From an uncultured Oscillospiraceae bacterium (GTDB taxonomy: Bacteria; Bacillota; Clostridia; Oscillospirales; Oscillospiraceae): a stretch of 29,618 bases of DNA. The notes beneath the pieces were generated by a model. That model made no database searches. It worked only from the letters and a program-made list of their open reading frames with translations, and was not told the origin of the DNA. Within the stretch, counting starts at the first letter, position 1. The number at the start of each line of letters is the position of its first letter. Position numbers and translations under genes: made by a program. The stretch spans positions 1 through 29,618 of the forward strand of contig CAZBOR010000007.1 in NCBI GenBank assembly GCA_964493585.1, given 5' to 3'. Positions 16,084 through 25,090 of the stretch are shown piece by piece.

Positions 16084-18492
16084 ATGAATGATATTTTGGA
16101 GGCTGTGACTCCGGTCATGGCGCTGCGGGGACTTTCTGTGTTTCCCAAGATGATCTACTCCTTTGACGTGGGCCGGGAGAAGTCCATCCGCGCCCTGGAG
16201 GAGGCCATGAACGGCGACCAGAACCTGACGCTGTTGATGCAGAAGGACGTGGCCGTGGACGAGCCGGGTCCCGACGATCTGTACGATGTGGGCGTATACG
16301 TCCATGTGCGCCAGGTGCTGAAGCTGCCCGGCGAGGTCATCCGGATCCTGGTGGAGGGCATCTGCCGGGTGCAGATCATGGAGTTTACCCAGGAGAGCCC
16401 CTATCTGGAGGCGGATTGCATGGGGCTGACCGATTCGCCGTATCGCGGCTCCGCCGCCAAGACAGAGGCGCTGCTGCGAGTGGCCTATCAGATGTACGGG
16501 ACCTACAGCGACCTCCTTCCCAAGGGGTCTGCGGAGAATCTGCTGCGGCTCCTGACCAGCGACGAACCGGGCTTCGTGGCGGATTTCCTGGCCCAGAACT
16601 GCGGCTTCAAATATACCGACAAGCAGACCGCCCTGGAAACGCTGGCTACGGGGAAGCGGCTGGAATTTGTGCTCAAGGCGCTGAACTCCGAGATCGAGAT
16701 CATGAAGATCGAGAACGACATCTCGGAGAAGGTCCAGGTGGCGGTCAACAAGAGCCAGCGGGATTTTTACCTCCGGGAGCAGCTCAGGGTCATTCACTCG
16801 GAGCTGGGGGAAGAGGACGAGGATCAGGAGTTTGAGGACTACGAGCAGCGGATCAAGGCCCTGAAGCTGGACGGCGCCATCGAGGAGAAGCTCCTCAAGG
16901 ACGTGGCGCGGCTCAGCAAGCATCCCGTTGGCTCCGCCGAGGGGGCGCTGCTGCGGGACTATCTGGACATCGTTCTGGAGCTGCCCTGGAACATCGAGAC
17001 CAAGGAGACCGTCAACATCGAGGCGGCGCAAAAGACGCTGGACCAGGACCATTACGGCCTGGAGCAGGTGAAGAAGCGCGTGCTGGAGCTGCTGGCGGTG
17101 CGGAAGCTGTCCCCCAATATCTCCGGGCAGATCATCTGCCTGGTGGGACCGCCCGGCACCGGCAAGACCTCCATCGCCACCTCCATCGCCAAGTGTCTCA
17201 ACCGGAATATGGCCCGCATTTCCCTGGGCGGCATCCATGACGAGGCGGAGATACGGGGCCATCGCAAGACCTATATCGGGGCCATGCCGGGACGCATCAT
17301 CACCGGCGTCAAGCAGGCCGGGTCCAGGAATCCGCTGCTGCTCCTCGACGAGATCGACAAGCTGGGGACCGACTACCGGGGCGACCCGTCCTCCGCGCTG
17401 CTGGAGGTGCTGGACGCGGAGCAGAACAAGACCTTCCGGGACAACTTTGTGGAGGTCCCCTTTGATCTCAGCGGCGTGCTGTTCATCACCACCGCCAACA
17501 CCACCTCCACCATTCCGGCGGCCCTGCTGGACCGCATGGAGGTCATCGAGCTGTCCAGCTACACCGACGAGGAGAAGCTGATGATCGCCAAGCACCATCT
17601 GCTGCCGAAGGAGCTGGGGCGTCTGGGCCTCAAGCGGAGCCAGATCACCGTCAATGACAATGCGTGGCGGGAGATCATCGACGGCTATACCAGAGAATCC
17701 GGCGTCCGCAACCTCCAGCGGGAGATCGCGGCCCTGTGCCGGAAGGCGGCGGTGAAATTTGCCACGGATGAAAACCTCAAGCGGGTCAGCATCACCGCCA
17801 ACCGGGTGGAGGAGTACCTTGGGGTGCGGAAATATCTGCCCGATGTGATGCCCAGCGTCAATCAGGTGGGCCTGGTCACGGGTCTGGCCTGGACCGCCGT
17901 GGGCGGCGTGACCCTGGAGGTCGAGGTCAACGTCATGGACGGCTCCGGAAAGCTGGAAATGACCGGCTCCCTGGGCGATGTGATGAAGGAATCCGTCCAC
18001 GCGGCCATGAGCTATATCCGTTCCCGTGCGGACCATTACGGGATTCCCGCGGATTTCTACAAGACCAAGGACATCCATGTACACTTCCCGGAGGGTGCGG
18101 TGCCAAAGGACGGGCCGTCCGCAGGCATCACCATCTGCACGGCCATGGTGTCGGCGCTGACGGGGGCGCCCGTGCGGCGGGACATCGCCATGACCGGGGA
18201 GATCTCCATTCGCGGCCGGGTCATGGCCATCGGCGGCCTCAAGGAAAAGACCATGGCGGCCCTGCGCCATGGGGTCAAGACCGTCATTATCCCGGCGGAG
18301 AACGAGAAGGATCTGGAGGAGATCGACCAGACCGTCCGCAGCCGCCTGAACTTCATCACGGTCAGGACCATGGACGCGGTGCTCACTGCGGCGCTGGATA
18401 TGACCCACTGTGCGGCGGAGGAGCCGGAAAAGCCCAAGCTGGAGATGCCGGTGCCGGAGCGCCGGGAGAGCCGACGGACCCTGAGACAGTGA
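16084..18492 (+). CDS. lon: ATP-dependent Lon protease (LonA)
   Basis: RBS AAAGGAG at 16069-16075 is followed by ATG 16084; the track's 16027 start is an unsupported extension. Lon N-domain, Walker A GPPGTGKTS, and a proteolytic Ser-Lys dyad context (DGPSAGIT...K) are present. The product is 802 aa. Confidence 0.93.
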   Translation: MNDILEAVTPVMALRGLSVFPKMIYSFDVGREKSIRALEEAMNGDQNLTLLMQKDVAVDEPGPDDLYDVGVYVHVRQVLKLPGEVIRILVEGICRVQIMEFTQESPYLEADCMGLTDSPYRGSAAKTEALLRVAYQMYGTYSDLLPKGSAENLLRLLTSDEPGFVADFLAQNCGFKYTDKQTALETLATGKRLEFVLKALNSEIEIMKIENDISEKVQVAVNKSQRDFYLREQLRVIHSELGEEDEDQEFEDYEQRIKALKLDGAIEEKLLKDVARLSKHPVGSAEGALLRDYLDIVLELPWNIETKETVNIEAAQKTLDQDHYGLEQVKKRVLELLAVRKLSPNISGQIICLVGPPGTGKTSIATSIAKCLNRNMARISLGGIHDEAEIRGHRKTYIGAMPGRIITGVKQAGSRNPLLLLDEIDKLGTDYRGDPSSALLEVLDAEQNKTFRDNFVEVPFDLSGVLFITTANTTSTIPAALLDRMEVIELSSYTDEEKLMIAKHHLLPKELGRLGLKRSQITVNDNAWREIIDGYTRESGVRNLQREIAALCRKAAVKFATDENLKRVSITANRVEEYLGVRKYLPDVMPSVNQVGLVTGLAWTAVGGVTLEVEVNVMDGSGKLEMTGSLGDVMKESVHAAMSYIRSRADHYGIPADFYKTKDIHVHFPEGAVPKDGPSAGITICTAMVSALTGAPVRRDIAMTGEISIRGRVMAIGGLKEKTMAALRHGVKTVIIPAENEKDLEEIDQTVRSRLNFITVRTMDAVLTAALDMTHCAAEEPEKPKLEMPVPERRESRRTLRQ

Positions 18493-18499
18493 GGCGGCC

Positions 18500-19093
18500 A
18501 TGAACTATCAGAAGGTGGAATTCATCCTGTCTGCGGCCAAAAGCGCCCAGTTCCCCAGGGATGGCCGCCCGCAGATCGCCTTTGCGGGCAAGTCCAACGT
18601 GGGCAAGTCCTCGGTCATCAATCGGGTGCTCCAGCGGAAAAACTACGCCTACACCGGCTCCGCGCCGGGAAAGACCATTCACATCAACTATTTTCTGGTG
18701 GATGAGAGGGCCTATCTGGTGGACCTGCCGGGCTACGGCTACGCCAAGGTGTCCCGTGGGGAAAAGGAGCGCTGGAGCAGACTCATGGAGGACTACTTCG
18801 CCGCCAAGGAGCTCATTACGCTGGGTATCCTGATCGTGGACGCCCGCCACGCGCCGACCGGGAACGACGTGACCATGGCGTCCTGGTTCCAGCAGACCCG
18901 CTGCCCCTTCGTCGTGGTGGCCAACAAGCTCGACAAGCTGAAAAAGCGGGAGATCGAGCCGAATCTGGCCTGTATCCGGCAGACCCTTTCGCTGTCGGAG
19001 GACACGGTGCTTCTGCCCTTTTCTGCGGAGAAGGGGACTGGCCGGGACCAGCTTGTGAGTCTGATCGACGCGGCGGCGGGCTGCGCCGTGTGA
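18500..19093 (+). CDS. engB: Ribosome biogenesis GTPase EngB/YsxC (YihA)
   Basis: ATG at 18500 follows 7 nt after the lon stop. G1 motif GKSNVGKSS and the DLPGYG and NKLDK motifs are present. Confidence 0.9.
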   Translation: MNYQKVEFILSAAKSAQFPRDGRPQIAFAGKSNVGKSSVINRVLQRKNYAYTGSAPGKTIHINYFLVDERAYLVDLPGYGYAKVSRGEKERWSRLMEDYFAAKELITLGILIVDARHAPTGNDVTMASWFQQTRCPFVVVANKLDKLKKREIEPNLACIRQTLSLSEDTVLLPFSAEKGTGRDQLVSLIDAAAGCAV

Positions 19094-19100
19094 ATATGGG

Positions 19101-19135
19101 ACCGCCGGAGGACGCCTCCGACGGTCTTTTATTTC
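19101..19135 (+). terminator. Rho-independent terminator after engB
   Basis: Stem GACCGcCGGAGG-ACG-CCTCCGaCGGTC with one bulge, followed by TTTTATTTCTT. Confidence 0.7.
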
Positions 19136-19165
19136 TTGCTATTTTCCGGGATACATGGTATACTA
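19136..19165 (+). promoter_or_regulatory. Promoter for the M50 protease / scpAB block: TTGCTA, 18 nt, TGgTATACT
   Basis: -35-like TTGCTA at 19136-19141 and extended -10 TGGTATACT at 19157-19165. Confidence 0.45.
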
Positions 19166-19189
19166 GACTATCGGCGGGAGGTGCTGCCA

Positions 19190-19882
19190 ATGGACGCATT
19201 TACAAGCTGGCTTTCTCAGCTGGATTTTAGCTTCGTGTGGGACTATGTCGTCATTGTGGCGGCATCCCTGCTGTGCATCATGTTCCACGAGGTGAGCCAC
19301 GGCGTGGTGGCGCTGAAGCTGGGGGACCCCACGGCGAAAAACGCCGGACGGCTGACCTTCAATCCCATAAAGCACATCGACATCTGGGGACTGCTGATGA
19401 TGGCAATCTTTAAGTTCGGCTGGGCCAAGGCCGTGCCGGTGGATATGCGGAATTTCAGACATCCGATCCGGGATATGGCCATCACTGCGGCGGCGGGACC
19501 GATTTCCAATGTGGTGCTGGCGTTTCTGGCGATGTGCGTCCGGGCTGTGGCGGTGTATGTCTATTCCCGCACGGGCGGCGCTGTGGCCGGCTTCGTGGTG
19601 ACGTTTCTGGAGTATGTGGCCGTTCTCAGCGTGGGCCTGGCGGTGTTCAATGTGATTCCGATCCCGCCCCTGGACGGGTCCAAGGTGCTCAACGCCCTGC
19701 TGCCCCAGCATATCTATTACAAGGTGCTGCGATATGAGCGGTACGGATTTCTGGTGCTGATGGTGGTGCTGTACACGGGGATTTTGGACACCCCGCTGAC
19801 AGTGTGCCGCTCGGCGCTGCTGAACGCGCTGTCCGCCGTTTCGTCGTTTCCCTTTTACATTCTCCGGCATTTCTTGGGATAA
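19190..19882 (+). CDS. Site-2 protease family (peptidase M50) membrane metalloprotease
   Basis: RBS GGGAGGTG is followed by ATG 19190; the track's 19136 start is an extension. The HEVSHG zinc motif lies in the first TM helix. Several TM helices are predicted and an LDGSKVL second motif is present. Confidence 0.75.
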   Translation: MDAFTSWLSQLDFSFVWDYVVIVAASLLCIMFHEVSHGVVALKLGDPTAKNAGRLTFNPIKHIDIWGLLMMAIFKFGWAKAVPVDMRNFRHPIRDMAITAAAGPISNVVLAFLAMCVRAVAVYVYSRTGGAVAGFVVTFLEYVAVLSVGLAVFNVIPIPPLDGSKVLNALLPQHIYYKVLRYERYGFLVLMVVLYTGILDTPLTVCRSALLNALSAVSSFPFYILRHFLG

Positions 19883-19891
19883 GGAGCCAGC

Positions 19892-20680
19892 ATGAACGAA
19901 CCGACCTACCACCTGAGCCATGTGGTGAAGTCCAAAAACGCGGAGCCGGAGGACTTTTCCGGGCCGCTGGATGTGATTTTGCTGCTGCTCAGCAAAAATA
20001 AAATTGAAATTCGGGATATTCAGATCTCCGTGATCTTGGAGCAGTATCTGGCCTATCTGGACGAGATGAAACGCATGGATCTGGAGATCGCCAGCGAGTT
20101 TATCTCCATGGCCTCCCATCTGGTGCTCATCAAGACCAAAATGCTGCTCAGCGAGGCGGAGCAGCAGGAGGGCCTGAGCGAAATGGAGCTGCTGATCCAA
20201 TCCCTGGAGCAGCGACAGCGGCAGGAGATCATGGAGCGGCTCAAGGGTCCGGCGTCCTGGCTGGAGGGCCGCAACGACATCGGCCGGAGCCTGCTGACCA
20301 AAGAACCGGAGCCGCTGCGCCGGGACCGGAGCTACCGCTACCGGCACGACCGGGAGGACCTGCGCCGGGCGCTGTTCGCGATCCAGGAGCGCGGCGGCAG
20401 AAAGCTCCCGTCCCCCATGAACGCCTTTGTGGGCATCGTGGGGAAGGAGCCGTATCCCGTGGAGAAAAAGGCGGCGGAGGTCCTGCGGCGTCTGCTGAAG
20501 CAGGGGGCGCAGCGGCTCAAGGCGCTGTTTCGCGGCAGCCGATCCCGGTCTGAGATCGTGGCGACCTTCCTGTCCATTCTGGAGCTGTGCAAGCTCAGCT
20601 CCGTTCAGGTGACGGAGCGGGACGGGGAATACGAGGTCGGCTTTCTGAAAATGCCGGAGGAGAGCGAGGTGCAGGAATAA
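19892..20680 (+). CDS. scpA: Segregation and condensation protein A
   Basis: RBS AAGGAG at 19881-19886 is followed by ATG 19892. The ScpA N-terminus (DFSGPLDVILLLLSKNKIEIRDIQISVILEQYLAYL) and a C-terminal winged-helix region are present. Confidence 0.9.
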   Translation: MNEPTYHLSHVVKSKNAEPEDFSGPLDVILLLLSKNKIEIRDIQISVILEQYLAYLDEMKRMDLEIASEFISMASHLVLIKTKMLLSEAEQQEGLSEMELLIQSLEQRQRQEIMERLKGPASWLEGRNDIGRSLLTKEPEPLRRDRSYRYRHDREDLRRALFAIQERGGRKLPSPMNAFVGIVGKEPYPVEKKAAEVLRRLLKQGAQRLKALFRGSRSRSEIVATFLSILELCKLSSVQVTERDGEYEVGFLKMPEESEVQE

Positions 20681-21259
20681 TTGGAGCAGGAGGACGTCAG
20701 ACGCGGCATAGAGGCGATCCTGTTTGCTGCGGGAGACCCGGTGGATGCCGGACGCATGGCGGCGGCCATTGGGGTCAGTGTAGAGATGGTCCATCAGGAG
20801 GCAAAGGCCCTGATGGATGAATACGGCTTTGCGCGGCGGGGCGTTCGGCTGGTCCGGCTGGAGGACGCATACCAGATGGTTTCCGCGCCGGAGCAGGCGG
20901 ACGTGGTGACGCGGGCGCTGGAGACCAGAAAGCCGCCCAAGCTCAGCGCCTCCGCGCTGGAGACTCTGACGGTGATCGCCTACTACCAGCCCACCACCAA
21001 GGCCTTTGTGGAGCAGCTTCGCGGTGTGGACAGCTCCTATACCATCAGCGCGCTGCTGAACAAAAAGCTCATCGAGGAGCGGGGGAGGCTCACGGTGCCG
21101 GGACGACCCATCCTTTACGGCACCACGGCGGACTTCCTTCGGACCTTTGGCCTCAGTTCCCTGGACGAGCTCCCGGAGGTGGAGCTGCCCCAGGGCTCTG
21201 TCAGCCCGGAGCAGGCGGAGCTTCAGCTTTCCATTCAGGACAGCGGGGCGCAGCCGTGA
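20681..21259 (+). CDS. scpB: Segregation and condensation protein B
   Basis: It starts directly after the scpA stop. TTG at 20681 is the only in-frame start before the conserved IEAILFAAGDPV block. Tandem winged-helix domains are present. Confidence 0.8.
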   Translation: MEQEDVRRGIEAILFAAGDPVDAGRMAAAIGVSVEMVHQEAKALMDEYGFARRGVRLVRLEDAYQMVSAPEQADVVTRALETRKPPKLSASALETLTVIAYYQPTTKAFVEQLRGVDSSYTISALLNKKLIEERGRLTVPGRPILYGTTADFLRTFGLSSLDELPEVELPQGSVSPEQAELQLSIQDSGAQP

Positions 21260-21879
21260 CGGCGGTGTGGGTGCTGCTGGGAATCGCGGCGGCACTGGCG
21301 GCGATCGGCTTTATGCCGGTGGGCGTCACGGCGGAATACAGCGGCGAGGGCGCCTGCGTCTGGGCTCTGATCGGTCCTCTGCGGCTGAGACTGCTGCCCC
21401 GTCCGAAGAAGGCGGAGAAAAAGCCCGCCCAAAAGCCCCCCCGGAAACAGACCGGGCCGGAGGCTGAAACGCCAAAGCCCGGCGGCAGTCTGCCCCTGTT
21501 CCGGGAGCTGCTGGGCCTTGTCCTGGAGGCCCAGGCGGAGATTCGCTGCCGCCTCCGGATACGGGAGATGGTACTGTGGCTCACCGTGGGCGGCAAGGGG
21601 CAGGACCCGGCGCTGCTGGGGACTCTCTATGGCGGCGGCTGGGCGGCGCTGGGGAATCTGCTCCCGCTGCTGGAGCGGTCCTTCCGCATCCAGAGCCGGG
21701 ACATCCGGACCGGCGTGGACTTTCTCTCGGAGGAGACAAAAATCTACGCCAAGGCCACGGCGGTGCTCTCGGTGGGGGCGGCGCTGCGTATGGCCGGATA
21801 TTATGGAGTTCGCGGGTTAAAATTGTATCAGAGGCATCAAAAGAAAGGCGGAAATAAACATGGCACATCCGATCAGTGA
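21256..21879 (+). CDS. DUF2953 / YtfI-like sporulation-associated membrane protein
   Basis: GTG at 21256 overlaps the scpB stop as GTGA. It has an N-terminal TM helix and a Lys/Pro-rich linker. Synteny with the ytfJ gene immediately downstream matches the B. subtilis ytfI-ytfJ pair. Confidence 0.55.
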   Translation: MTAVWVLLGIAAALAAIGFMPVGVTAEYSGEGACVWALIGPLRLRLLPRPKKAEKKPAQKPPRKQTGPEAETPKPGGSLPLFRELLGLVLEAQAEIRCRLRIREMVLWLTVGGKGQDPALLGTLYGGGWAALGNLLPLLERSFRIQSRDIRTGVDFLSEETKIYAKATAVLSVGAALRMAGYYGVRGLKLYQRHQKKGGNKHGTSDQ

Positions 21880-22258
21880 TCTAATGGCGACAACAATGGC
21901 GAAGATTCGGGATATGATGGATGCAAATACCGTTGTGGGCCAGCCCATTGAGGCGGGCGGCGTAACGGTGATTCCGGTCTGCCGTATTTCCATCGGCTAC
22001 GGCTCCGGCGGCTCGGATTTTGCCCAGAAGAACCAGAAGCCGGAGAATCCCAATGCCTTTGGCGGCGGCGCGGGGATGGGGGTGTCCATCACGCCCATCG
22101 CCTTTCTGGTGATCCGGGAGGGAAATGTCCGTATGCTGTCCGTGGAACAGCCCACCTCCACCGTGGCGGAACGGGTCATCGACCTGGTGCCGGACGTGGT
22201 GGACCGCGTCGCCACCGCGGTGAAGAAAAAGGACCGGACGGAGACGGGAGAGGAATAA
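21860..22258 (+). CDS. ytfJ: YtfJ/GerW family sporulation protein
   Basis: MAHPISDLMATTMAKIRDMMDANTVVGQPIEAGGVTVIPV... and the GGGAGMGVSITPIAFLVI block match the YtfJ/GerW family. It overlaps the upstream gene by 20 nt. Confidence 0.8.
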   Translation: MAHPISDLMATTMAKIRDMMDANTVVGQPIEAGGVTVIPVCRISIGYGSGGSDFAQKNQKPENPNAFGGGAGMGVSITPIAFLVIREGNVRMLSVEQPTSTVAERVIDLVPDVVDRVATAVKKKDRTETGEE

Positions 22259-22298
22259 TCCCGGCCGGATGGGGAGATACTGTGTGCGGTGATGCAGT

Positions 22299-23384
22299 AT
22301 GAAACACAAATGTGCATGGATGGCTGCGAGTATTGCCGCGGCCATCCTCGTCTATCTGGCTCCGGCTTCTGCGCTGGACGTGTCCGCCCACAGCGCGGCC
22401 CTGCTCGACGGCTACAGCGGCCAGGTGCTGTGGGAGAAAAACGCCCGCGAGCAAAGCCTCATCGCCTCCACCACCAAGATTATGACGGCGCTGGTGGTGC
22501 TGGAGCAGGGAGATCTGAGCGACACCGTGGAGATCCCGGAGGAGGCCGTGGGCGTGGAGGGGTCCTCCATGTACCTGAGGGCCGGAGAAACGCTGACGGT
22601 GGAGGACCTGCTCTATGGCCTGATGCTGTCCTCCGGTAATGACGCGGCGGTGGCCCTGAGCATCTATGTCAGCGGCAGCCCGGAGGCCTTTGCGGCGGAG
22701 ATGAACCGCAGGGCGGCGGAGCTGGGGCTGGAGAACACCCATTTTGCCAACCCCAACGGTCTGGACCAGGAGGGGAACTACGCCACCGCCGAGAGCCTTG
22801 GTCTCCTGGCGGCGGAGGCCATGCGGAATGAGGACTTCCGCACCATCGTGTCCACCAGGACCTATACCTGCGCGGGACATTCCATGACCAACCACAACAA
22901 GCTCCTGTGGCAGTATCCCGACGCGGTGGGGGTCAAGACGGGCTTCACCAGGCACGCCGGACGGATCCTGGTGGGCAGCGCGGAGCGAAACGGACGGCGG
23001 CTCATCTCCGTGACCATCAATGCGCCGTCGGACTGGTCCGACCATCGGGCCATGCTGGACTATGGCTTTTCCCGATATACCTGCCGGACCCTGGTGGACG
23101 CGGGGCAGACCGTTGGGAGCATCCCGGTGATGTCGGGACAGGCGGAGCAGACGCCGCTGGTGGCGGCGGAGCGCGTGTCCTATGACCTGCTGGACACGGA
23201 AGCACCGGAATACCGGCTCTGGACGGCGCCGTTTGTCTACGCGCCCGTGGCGGAGCATACGCCCATGGGAACGCTGCAGGTCTATGTGTCCGGCGTTTTG
23301 GTGGGGCAGACCGCCCTGCTGGCCGGAGAAGCGGTGGAACAGATACCGGAGGAGCCGGGCCTTCTGGAGCGGCTGTTTTCGTGA
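22299..23384 (+). CDS. D-alanyl-D-alanine carboxypeptidase (PBP5/DacB/DacF-type, S11)
   Basis: Signal peptide, the SxxK motif STTK, SGN within LSSGND, and KTG within VKTGFT are all present. Confidence 0.88.
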   Translation: MKHKCAWMAASIAAAILVYLAPASALDVSAHSAALLDGYSGQVLWEKNAREQSLIASTTKIMTALVVLEQGDLSDTVEIPEEAVGVEGSSMYLRAGETLTVEDLLYGLMLSSGNDAAVALSIYVSGSPEAFAAEMNRRAAELGLENTHFANPNGLDQEGNYATAESLGLLAAEAMRNEDFRTIVSTRTYTCAGHSMTNHNKLLWQYPDAVGVKTGFTRHAGRILVGSAERNGRRLISVTINAPSDWSDHRAMLDYGFSRYTCRTLVDAGQTVGSIPVMSGQAEQTPLVAAERVSYDLLDTEAPEYRLWTAPFVYAPVAEHTPMGTLQVYVSGVLVGQTALLAGEAVEQIPEEPGLLERLFS

Positions 23385-23397
23385 GAGGAGCAGTGCC

Positions 23398-24102
23398 ATG
23401 CAGGAACGTGTGCAAAAGATACTCGCATATAACGGAATTGCGTCACGGCGGCAGGCGGAGACGCTGATCGCCCAGGGCCGGGTCACGGTCAACGGCCGGG
23501 TCTGCCGTCTGGGGGACCGGGCCGACGGGGAACAGGACCTGATCCTGGTGGATGGGACGCCGCTGGCGTCCCGCCCGGAGAAGGTTTACATAATGCTCCA
23601 CAAGCCCCGTGGGGTCGTGACCACGGCCTCGGACGAAAAGGGACGCAGGACGGTGCTGGACCTGGTGGAGTGTCCCCAGCGGGTCTTTCCCGTGGGACGG
23701 CTGGACATGGATTCCGAGGGGCTGCTGCTGCTGACCAACGACGGGGACCTGGCCAACCAGCTGCTCCATCCCGCCCATCAGGTGGAGAAAACCTATCTGG
23801 TCTGGCTGGAAAACGCCGACGACCGGGCTCTGGAGGCCATGGCGCGGCCCATGGAGCTGGACGGCTACCGCATCCGTCCGGCGCGGATGGAGGTCCTCTG
23901 GCGCCGGGACGCCGCGGCCCATATCCGGCTGACCATCCATGAGGGCCGGAATCGCCAGATTCGGAAAATGGCGGCGGAGTGCGGGATGCGCGTGACGCGG
24001 CTGAAGCGGACCGCCGAGGGACCGCTCCGCCTGGGGCCGCTGCCGAAGGGGCAGTGGCGGTATCTGACGAAAAATGAAGTGCGGCAGCTCAGGAACTTGT
24101 AA
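23398..24102 (+). CDS. rluB: Pseudouridine synthase, RsuA/RluB family (S4 domain + catalytic domain)
   Basis: RBS AGAGGAG is followed by ATG 23398; the track's 23182 start is an extension running through the dacB 3' end. The S4 domain (ASRRQAETLIAQGRVTVNG) and the catalytic Asp in GRLDMDSEGLLLLTNDG are present. Confidence 0.85.
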   Translation: MQERVQKILAYNGIASRRQAETLIAQGRVTVNGRVCRLGDRADGEQDLILVDGTPLASRPEKVYIMLHKPRGVVTTASDEKGRRTVLDLVECPQRVFPVGRLDMDSEGLLLLTNDGDLANQLLHPAHQVEKTYLVWLENADDRALEAMARPMELDGYRIRPARMEVLWRRDAAAHIRLTIHEGRNRQIRKMAAECGMRVTRLKRTAEGPLRLGPLPKGQWRYLTKNEVRQLRNL

Positions 24103-24123
24103 ATGAATAATATTCTTGAAATA

Positions 24124-24167
24124 TTGCAAAAAACATCTTGCAAAAATGTGCCGGAATGTAGTATGAT
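24124..24167 (+). promoter_or_regulatory. Promoter TTGCAA, 17 nt, TATGAT, with a TTGCAAAAA(A/T) direct repeat, upstream of the RpiR-family gene
   Basis: TTGCAAAAAA at 24124-24133 and TTGCAAAAAT at 24139-24148 form a direct repeat. The -10 TATGAT is at 24162-24167, 17 nt from the second TTGCAA. Confidence 0.5.
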
Positions 24168-24220
24168 AAAGGGTAGTGAAAGAGCGGGCCGGACCCACGG
24201 CCCTGTGTGGAGGCGCGAAG

Positions 24221-25090
24221 ATGACAAGCGATATTTTAACTCTGATCCAGAACGGCATGAGCCGGTTTTCCAAGGGGCAGAAGCTCATCGCCAACTACAT
24301 TATCAATTCCTATGACAAGGCGGCCTTTATGACGGCCAGCAAGCTGGGCAAGACCGTAAACGTCAGCGAATCAACGGTGGTTCGCTTTGCGGTGGAGCTG
24401 GGCTACGACGGCTACCCGTCCATGCAGAAGGCGCTGCAGGAGATGATCCGCAACAAGCTCACCTCGGTCCAGCGCATCGAGGTGGCCAACGACCGCATCG
24501 GAAATCAGGAGATCCTGTCCATGGTGCTGCAATCCGACATCGAAAAGATACGCACCACCCTGGAGGAGGTGGACAAGGCCGCGTTCCAGGCAGCGGTGGA
24601 TGACATTCTGCAGGCAAAGACCATTTATATTCTGGGGGTCCGAAGCTCCGCGTCCATTGCCAGCTTTCTGGGCTTTTATTTCAACCTGATGTTTGACAAT
24701 GTCAAGCATATCCACACCTCCTCCAACGCGGAGATGTTCGAGCAGATGGTCCGCATTTCCGAGGGGGACGTGGTCATCGGCATCAGCTTTCCGCGCTATT
24801 CCAGCCGGACGGTGAAGGCCATGAAATTTGCATATGACCGGGGCGCCACTGTCATCGCGCTGACGGACTCCCGGTCCTCGCCCATCGCCCAGAACGCCAA
24901 CCACGTCCTGATTGCCATGAGCGATATGGTGTCCCTGGTGGACTCTCTGGTGGCGCCGCTCAGCGTGGTCAACGCCCTGATCGTGGCGTGCAGCTACAAG
25001 AAGGAGAAGGAGATTTCCGAGACCTTCACCAATCTGGAGTCTATCTGGGATGAATACGGGGTCTATGAAAAGGTCGATGACGGCGTTTGA
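24221..25090 (+). CDS. RpiR/MurR-family transcriptional regulator (HTH_6 + SIS domain)
   Basis: RBS GGAGG at 24208-24212 is followed by ATG 24221. The N-terminal HTH (KLIANYIINSYDKAAFMTASKLGKTVNVSESTVVRFAVELGY) and a SIS phosphosugar-binding domain (IYILGVRSSASIASF) are present. Confidence 0.8.
   Translation: MTSDILTLIQNGMSRFSKGQKLIANYIINSYDKAAFMTASKLGKTVNVSESTVVRFAVELGYDGYPSMQKALQEMIRNKLTSVQRIEVANDRIGNQEILSMVLQSDIEKIRTTLEEVDKAAFQAAVDDILQAKTIYILGVRSSASIASFLGFYFNLMFDNVKHIHTSSNAEMFEQMVRISEGDVVIGISFPRYSSRTVKAMKFAYDRGATVIALTDSRSSPIAQNANHVLIAMSDMVSLVDSLVAPLSVVNALIVACSYKKEKEISETFTNLESIWDEYGVYEKVDDGV

Noticed and set aside
15997-18501. 834-aa minus-strand ORF antisense to lon
   Set aside because: Shadow ORF opposite a conserved Lon protease. 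The composition is non-protein-like (runs of G, R, L, H) and there is no start context.
19163-21295. 710-aa minus-strand ORF antisense to the M50 protease, scpA and scpB
   Set aside because: It spans three independently supported + strand genes and is a high-GC stop-codon-poor antisense artefact.
22176-23492. 438-aa minus-strand ORF antisense to the dacB-like gene
   Set aside because: Antisense shadow of a PBP5-family gene that has SxxK, SGN and KTG motifs on the + strand.
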